A DNA stretch of 64,000 nucleotides from Antedon mediterranea (lineage: Eukaryota; Animalia; Echinodermata), in assembly GCF_964355755.1 (NCBI RefSeq), contig NC_092672.1, forward strand, positions 4,650,001 through 4,714,000, in the 5' to 3' direction. The position numbers and the translations under genes are program-made. Below, piece after piece: positions 59,301 through 64,000 of the stretch; position 1 is the first letter of the stretch; every line of letters begins with the position of its first letter. Under the pieces are notes generated by a model. That model had not been told where the DNA came from and made no database searches. It saw only the letters and a list, made by a program, of their open reading frames with translations.

Positions 59301-62300
59301 CAGCCTAGCCTAGAATTATGATGAGTGTGCATGCCAGGAAGTTATGTTTTAAATATCATTTCCAACAAGAAAAGCCATTAAATTAATTGTAGGTTTCGAA
59401 GAATGCGCATATTTCCGTTTGTATTGTAATACTGAACTTTTATAACGTGGCATTTTGATCTCTTTCTAAGAACTTTAGTTATGTTAAAGGTTTAACGGAG
59501 ACATAAGTACAATGCGCCGTTTTCTACAGCATTATTGTGTGAAACATATTAATTGCTACTATATAGGCCTAAGGTTAACTAAGCACATCAATTGACTGGA
59601 TAATTGGTATAGGCCTATCAAGAAAAGGGAAATTGTAATTAAATTAAAATACTATTTTAAACTATTACTTTTTCCAATTTATCTTTAACGTTTCATTTTC
59701 CCAATTTCTAATAAGCAAAATAGGATTGATTAGTTACATATTTAAATAGCAATGAAGATCGTCAAATGTTTTTCAAGTTAAAGTTATAAAATATTCTGAA
59801 AAAGCAAAAAATATCATTCTTATTATTCTCCCACGAGAATAGACGAAAGAGTTATCCGTTCTTATTATTATTCCAATTATGCCTAATAGTGCTAGTTTGA
59901 AATGTCAAAAAAAAAAAAGATATAAGAATATTTGTAGCGTATGCACCACACACCACTGTATGCATGAACATTGCAAAAGCTAGAGCCAGAAACTATTAGT
60001 ATTTTACTAAGCTTAAAAAAAGTTACAATCTTAGAAACTTGTTTAAATCTCAGTGTTTTATCCACATCGTGCCGCTAAAGACCTGTCGGTTCTGCAAAGG
60101 CAACATATTAGTGGCATGAGCTTAAGTGAGCATAATCTATACTCTGAACTGAAATCAAGATCACCTTAAATAAGATTATATATCGTATCCACTTGCGGTA
60201 TTCACGATTTGTTTCAGTAAATTAAATTGTCAATAGCGTACTTATAAGAGCAATTTTGTCCTCTTAGGCGATCAACTTCAGGAGTTAACCAAACAGATTC
60301 TACCGGTTCTGATACAGAGTGGAACTTCCGTCTGGTTACAGGAATCCGACAACAACAACACTTGGCCTCCTCCGACAAACAAGCATATCATGCAGGCGAA
60401 TCCGCTTGTGGGGGACATTAGCGACTTGGACCTGCCACGTGATGTGCGGAAGGGTCTCAATTTTAGAGACCCTGTCGTGTACATCTATACTTCTGGGACT
60501 ACAGGTGAATATTTAAATGTTTGGACATTAACTAAATCACGCGATTTTACCCGTATTCAATTTTGTATCAACTTTTTCCGCCTCCCCTATAAGATTGTAC
60601 TGCTCTACTGCAATTATTTCAAAAATTGTTTTGAAAAGAAATAAAACAGATATTAATTCAATAACCGTTTAAAGTAGTAACACATTACCATTCCGGGCAT
60701 CAATACTTTTACCATTTTTAAAAGTTGACAATAATGTGTTTGAACTGCCAAAAGTCGTCAACTTTCTTTAAAAGTAAGTTGAATAAATAAGTCAACGAAT
60801 TTATACATTTTATTATATTAACTTTGATTTCACACTTTTCGGCTCAATTGGATATGCCTTCGAGGCATCCTGTCACAAAGAAGCATTCAAAATGACATAA
60901 GTTATGCCATAATCACACAATTGTTATATTCTTGTCTATTTCTCTTGGGATATAGGATTACCAAAAGCCAGCAAGTTGTCACATTATAAACTCCTAGCGG
61001 GTGGCAGTCTTCTAAACTTTTTCAACTTTACTGCCGATGACGTCATGTACATAACGCTTCCCCTTTATCATATATCTGCTCTGTTTTTCGGTCTTAGTAA
61101 CGCAATCAACAAAGGTAAGTATTGGAGTTTTGTTTCTATGGTATTGTTATGGCAGTAACTAATACGCGTGACGTAGTCTTGTAAAACGTCCTATGATTGG
61201 TCAAAAGTTACAACGCTTATTTTCCGCCAGTTATGCGTAGGTCTAACTTTACAGTATATGCAGCAGCATGTTCAACAAAGCGCCACTGTCTTGATAGGTG
61301 GTATATCTTTATCACTGTGGAAAAAATATTTTTCAGTAAACGAAGAAAAATATCAAGCGTTGAGGGCGTAAATGAATTTTCGCAAAAACAATTAGCATTC
61401 ATTTATTCTTAGAATTGTTTCATTCGTAAATTTGTTATTGTTAAAAATTGGAAAATCATTAATTTTATAGAACTAACTTTATTTGTCAATAACTGTATTT
61501 TACTTAATAAAATGTAATAATTTCATTGTGTATTTCAGGCGCAACGATTGTTCTAAGGTCCAAGTTTTCAGCGTCCACATTCTGGGATGATTGCCGGAAA
61601 CACAACGTATCGGTCGTGCTTTACGTCGGCGAACTGTTCCGGTATCTCCTAGCAAGACCAAAGGTAAACATAATTATGGTTAGGTGGTTATGGTGCTCGT
61701 CTGTCAATCCGATTGCCCTGGGTTAAAATCCAGTATCCTCGCCATTTTTTTTTTCTTACAATACAGTACCGTATAATATATAACTCTGTTTACACTATCA
61801 AACTAGTTTGACAAAAAAAAGTGTGATGTGCCTAAATATGGTAGTGATATGCCTAAATATGGTAGTGATATTGCATCATCATGTCCATATGGACACATCA
61901 CTTTTTTTGTCACATATAGTTTGATAGTGTAGACATAGCTTCAGATTGTAACCGTAGGCCCTGTATGTTTCGTTCTGTGAAATAATTATCAATGGTTTGC
62001 ATTATGATGACGAATAATTTGCCTACCAACATAATAGTATTAGGCCTATTCATAAATATCAGTAGTTAGCTTAAAATGTTTTTCACCTAATTTATTTGTA
62101 AAGGAACAAACATTAAACTGGACATTTCACATTTAATACCTTATAAAACGATTTTGTTTACATCAACTAGCCTAATTACAATCGTAAACAATCGCAAACC
62201 CCTAGTGTACGGCCCCCCAGAGGGGGTTTTGTTGGCACAGTTCTGACTTGCCCAATTTGATTCAATTAAAATAGACAAATACAAAAATATTTTATCTAAT

Positions 62301-63569
62301 TTTATTGGCATTCTTCCACCACAACGACCTATTTATTTACATTTTACATTTCCCTGATATATTATTAAATTTAGTTCTTTCCTATTCATTAATTAGCTTT
62401 ACATGATACAAGTATGTTTGTATTTACTGCTCTGAGGCGCAGACCTTAATGCTGTGTTTGGAAACACACACACACATGGTAATTTAAATATAGGCCTACA
62501 AATTATAATATCAAAAAATGATTTTGAACGAAACTATATATTTAGGCCTATACAAAAAAAATATCAATCAATAGATGGACCTAGGCCTTTTAAATTAAAC
62601 AATTTATATTGCTGGTACATGTGGTCCTGGGACTAAATTTCTAATTTCTCATAGGCCTATAATCCAAAAATATTTCATAAGTTATATACCAGACTCAAGC
62701 CTATAATAACATTATTTAAAATCATGATTTAGTAGTCATAGGCTCCAATGAATTAAGAATTTTTTTATAACAATACATTGTATATTGTTGTGGTTAGGTA
62801 TACTCAACTTGCGGGTTACTGATAATACTATTTCCCAATTGAATCGTTTATGTATTTTTTGTAATGTTTGACCTAAATGAAATAATTGATTGATTATCCG
62901 ATTTGCTTTTAATAGCGCCCTTGCTACAAAGAAGAACGAATTTGATTGAATGTCTAAATATAGAAAGATGTGAAGGAATTATCAATTTAATGTGTAGGCC
63001 TACTCAAACAAAGTTTACGAAAGTCCAAATATAGAATGAAGCGTTAAGGAATTAACGAAGTAATGTAGGCCTACTTAAAGTTTATAATACAATCGTGTAG
63101 GAGGTGATGATGGGTGACGACTAAAATTAGCTAGGCAAGCCCTTGCGGTTTTCAGTTACTAACTGTTCTATTTATACATCTCTCCGTTTGTTTTGTTTGA
63201 GGGGTTTTTTTTTGGCAACTCAATAAGAATGTTTTATAGGTGGTGAAGGCTGTAAAGGTATTTTGAACTTTAATAAAGTTTAGGATGGGATCATAAAATA
63301 ATTATACAAAGTACCCCGAAAATAAAAATAAAACATAATTTGTAATGTTTATTCTTATTATTTCGCTTTTTCAGGAAACTACAGATTGCATTAACAAAGT
63401 GCGTTTAGCTGTCGGAAATGGATTGGGGGCAGACATTTGGCAAGAAGTGAAAGAACGTTATGCAATTGATCAAATCGTAGAGACGTATGGTGCTACGGAA
63501 AGCAACTTTGGCATCATGAATATTGTAAACAAACAAGGCTCCGTTGGCTGCTGGCCACCGTTATTGAGG
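55840..63569 (+). CDS. SLC27A2: Very-long-chain acyl-CoA synthetase / fatty acid transport protein (SLC27A2/A6-like FATP), 5' part; continues beyond the window
   Basis: Exons 55840-56317, 60268-60504, 60956-61114, 61539-61663, 63375-63569 join in frame; N-terminal TM segment, AMP-binding motif [12 protein letters not shown] split over an intron, [21 protein letters not shown]...[25 protein letters not shown]. Family certain, exact paralogue not. Confidence 0.92.
58130..58440. repeat. (GAT)n-derived low-complexity tract (similar tract at 52575-52760)
   Basis: Degenerate GAT/AAT/GAC triplets. Confidence 0.8.
60268..60504 (+). CDS. SLC27A-like coding exon 2
   Basis: [13 protein letters not shown]...[12 protein letters not shown], phase 1-1. 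Confidence 0.92.
60956..61114 (+). CDS. SLC27A-like coding exon 3
   Basis: [10 protein letters not shown]...[16 protein letters not shown]...NK, phase 1-1. Confidence 0.93.
61539..61663 (+). CDS. SLC27A-like coding exon 4
   Basis: [42 protein letters not shown], phase 1-0. Confidence 0.94.
61782..61940 (-). mobile_element. MITE family A copy in an SLC27A intron
   Basis: TIRs and internal 21-bp repeats. Confidence 0.85.
63375..63569 (+). CDS. SLC27A-like coding exon 5
   Basis: [22 protein letters not shown]...ETYGATESN...[11 protein letters not shown], phase 0-0. Confidence 0.94.
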
Positions 63570-64000
63570 GTAAGGTTAAAAACTTAAACCATCGTGTCCC
63601 CCTTCTTTGAAAAGCGTTTGAGGCAACTTCCCCCACCCCCCAAAATCCCAATTTCACCCCCCCCCCCTAAAATCCCATTTTCACCCCCACTTCCACCCAA
63701 TATACAGTATCCTTTATGCAAATAGGTTACGTAACAAATTATTTAGCCTAATCATAAGTCCGTGGTTTAAGTACGATGATGCCACACATTCATGCATATA
63801 GACATTTAAAAGTTTTAGAAAACTTGATTTGGATGTTCGTGTTTATATTGCTATATATCAATATTATTCATAATAAATTTAAATAAAAATTAAATTAGGC
63901 ACAGAGTTATAATTTAAAAGTTTAAGCAGTAAAAGTATAATATTTATATCACTATTTCGTTTTTTTAGACATTTTGTCCAATTGAACTGATAAGATATGA

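Overview
AT-rich, intron-containing metazoan genomic DNA, invertebrate-like (the taxon cannot be fixed from sequence alone). Three protein-coding genes are supported. (1) An unidentified minus-strand gene with a 223-codon disordered first coding exon (18912-19580) and a coiled-coil exon (3144-3251), probably continuing past the left edge. (2) A complete minus-strand SMPD4 (neutral sphingomyelinase 3) orthologue: 17 coding exons, 25419-37638, about 798 aa, including a U12-type minor intron and a 27-nt microexon. (3) The 5' part of a plus-strand SLC27A/FATP very-long-chain acyl-CoA synthetase, with 5 coding exons from 55840, running off the right edge. The rest is dense in small non-autonomous DNA transposons (Harbinger-like TAA/TTA-flanked MITEs with about 15 copies of one family, TTAA-flanked Kolobok-like, Tc1-like), tRNA-derived SINEs, LINE 3' fragments and minisatellites, several seeded from those elements. 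Most notable: pervasive TA-flanked micro-insertions (TACAGTA/TACTGTA, TACCGTA, TAGGCCTA) shown to be insertions by comparing repeat copies; a minimal hammerhead-ribozyme-like motif with a G3-C8 compensatory core inside an inverted repeat; a candidate recursive splice site mid-way through a 15.6-kb intron; and a 3' UTR minisatellite built from the SMPD4 stop-codon region. Most listed short ORFs are repeat artefacts. All exon boundaries were assembled by hand.
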